A stretch of DNA of 62,790 nt, counting the filler, from Globobulimina sp. (lineage: Eukaryota): NCBI GenBank assembly GCA_003354225.1. It is 29 parts of 29 records of this genome, joined end to end, with 100 filler letters (N's around TTAATTAATTAA, not from the genome) between each part and the next. Parts side by side here need not be neighbours in the genome. Positions count along the whole stretch, not along the records: positions 60,724 to 62,790 come from PIVH01009278.1; 28 more parts are not named here. The stretch is one strand, 5' to 3'. The position numbers and the translations under genes were made by a program. This document shows positions 61,560 to 62,790 of this stretch, piece by piece. Position 1 is the first letter of the stretch, and each line of letters opens with the position of its first letter. The notes below the pieces were generated by a model. The model did no database searches, was not told where the DNA came from, and saw only the letters and a program-made list of their open reading frames with translations.

Positions 61560-62447
61560 TTGACAGAACACACTGTAGACGGAAGAAATCAATGTAATTA
61601 CAGAGATGTAGAGTGGCATCCTTTGGATAAAACTAGCAAAACGTTAGGCCGAATGTCATTTGATAATTTATCAAAACTATACAGTGAGAAAAGTATCAAT
61701 GAAGACTGTTTTGTATGGAATGGAATTGATATCAATGAATGGACAAAAATTAAGGACATAACATTATTGTATAATGAGTTAGAGAAAGAAAAAGAAAAAA
61801 ACGAAATTACAGAAACAAAAAACAGAGATACGGAGGATTATGAAACAGAAACAGCGCATAATATTTATGGACAACAAGACGATGAACAAATTGAATCATT
61901 GCCAAGGTTTTTAGCAGAAACAGCAATTTGCAATGCATATGAAGATGATGACGAAGACGAAAAATGGTTCATTCGAAACCTAGAAACCAATCAAAAACTG
62001 GGACCATATTCAATTGATGAGTTATTTAAATATTTTAAAAATAAGCAAATCATAGAAAATACATATTTGAAGGATGAGATCAACATTCAACAATGGACCC
62101 AATTAAAAGATATCAATGACTTATATCATACATTGTTGATTATGTTAAATGAATACAGACAACAACAACACCGAGAAAATGTGAAAAAATCGCAACATAT
62201 AAACGCAAAAAGTGAAAAAATGGAAAATAAAATGGAGAATATAAATGAAAAAACTCCAATGAAAGAACTGAAAACAAGGATTGAAATATTAAAGAAATTA
62301 TTACGAGAAGAATGCGGTGATACTGATGTTGAATTATTAGATGAATTGGAGAGAGTGATTGGAATGGCCAGATTATCTCAAATCGAATCGAAAAAACAGT
62401 TTAAATTTATTCATAGTCCGAAAGTAAAACGAACATATAATTTTTGA
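61560..62447 (+). CDS. Protein with two GYF_2 (DUF4339)-like domains
   Basis: W...LGRMSF..L..LY....INEDCFVW.G..EWTKIKDI and WF...LGPYSIDEL..YF....I...TYL....QWTQLKDI. Confidence 0.65.
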   Translation: MTEHTVDGRNQCNYRDVEWHPLDKTSKTLGRMSFDNLSKLYSEKSINEDCFVWNGIDINEWTKIKDITLLYNELEKEKEKNEITETKNRDTEDYETETAHNIYGQQDDEQIESLPRFLAETAICNAYEDDDEDEKWFIRNLETNQKLGPYSIDELFKYFKNKQIIENTYLKDEINIQQWTQLKDINDLYHTLLIMLNEYRQQQHRENVKKSQHINAKSEKMENKMENINEKTPMKELKTRIEILKKLLREECGDTDVELLDELERVIGMARLSQIESKKQFKFIHSPKVKRTYNF

Positions 62448-62584
62448 GTTGGTTGCTTTTCTGGCCAGTGACTCCAAACAAAGTGAGATAACACCAACAA
62501 TACAGCATGTCAAATTCCTTAAAACATGCAAAAAAACATAACACAATTTGATTGGATGGTGATATGATAATTTAGAATTGCTAA

Positions 62585-62702
62585 CGGGATTATAATCATA
62601 CACAAACTTGGTTAGTCACTTATTTATTGTTTGCCGTTTTATTCTGGCAAGCGTTTTAATTTACCCCCTCAACAAATTCCCTCCGCTTTAAAAAAAAAAA
62701 AA
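62585..62702 (+). mobile_element. Short retroposed copy related to the LINE 3' UTR, with poly(A)
   Basis: TACACAAACTT..CTTATTTATTGT.TTGCCGTTTT..TCTGGCAAGCG..ATTCCCTCCGCTTT is shared with 21290-21410 and followed by A13. Confidence 0.8.
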
Positions 62703-62790
62703 CTATTGCTTCTATATGTTTTTGTTTCTGCGATTTGGGCAATTTAATTAATACATCCATGCGTAAAAGTTGTAATTCTTCGTTTTCTGA

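Overview
This window is not contiguous genome. It is 29 unrelated contigs of about 2.07 kb joined by 100-nt artificial spacers (N44-TTAATTAATTAA-N44), so gene order means nothing across spacers. The DNA is AT-rich and eukaryotic, with short (about 59-76 nt) spliceosomal introns, many frameshifted gene copies and expanded SAM, SPRY, LRR, BTB and lectin families. That mix suggests a protist, possibly a foraminiferan or other rhizarian (inference only). One contig (17364-19434) may come from another organism. Recognisable genes include a PIKfyve/Fab1 kinase domain, p47-like SEP+UBX, p23, an FMO, a 2-oxodicarboxylate-type mitochondrial carrier, an SDR, DnaJ, ISY1, a nitronate monooxygenase-family protein, DOMON-cytochrome b561, a P450 fragment and the 5' end of U2 snRNA. 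There are also remnants of an RNase H LINE, a DIRS-class element and a DNA transposase. The most notable observations are: (1) three dispersed tRNA-shaped elements with covarying stems and unrelated 120 to >170 nt inserts at the anticodon loop; (2) two single-pass receptor genes that join different ectodomains to a cytoplasmic caspase-like domain; (3) unusual fusions (anamorsin-N + PAC2, LRR + HlyIII/PAQR); (4) a strong GTT bias at 5' splice sites; (5) several families of fold-back non-coding repeats.
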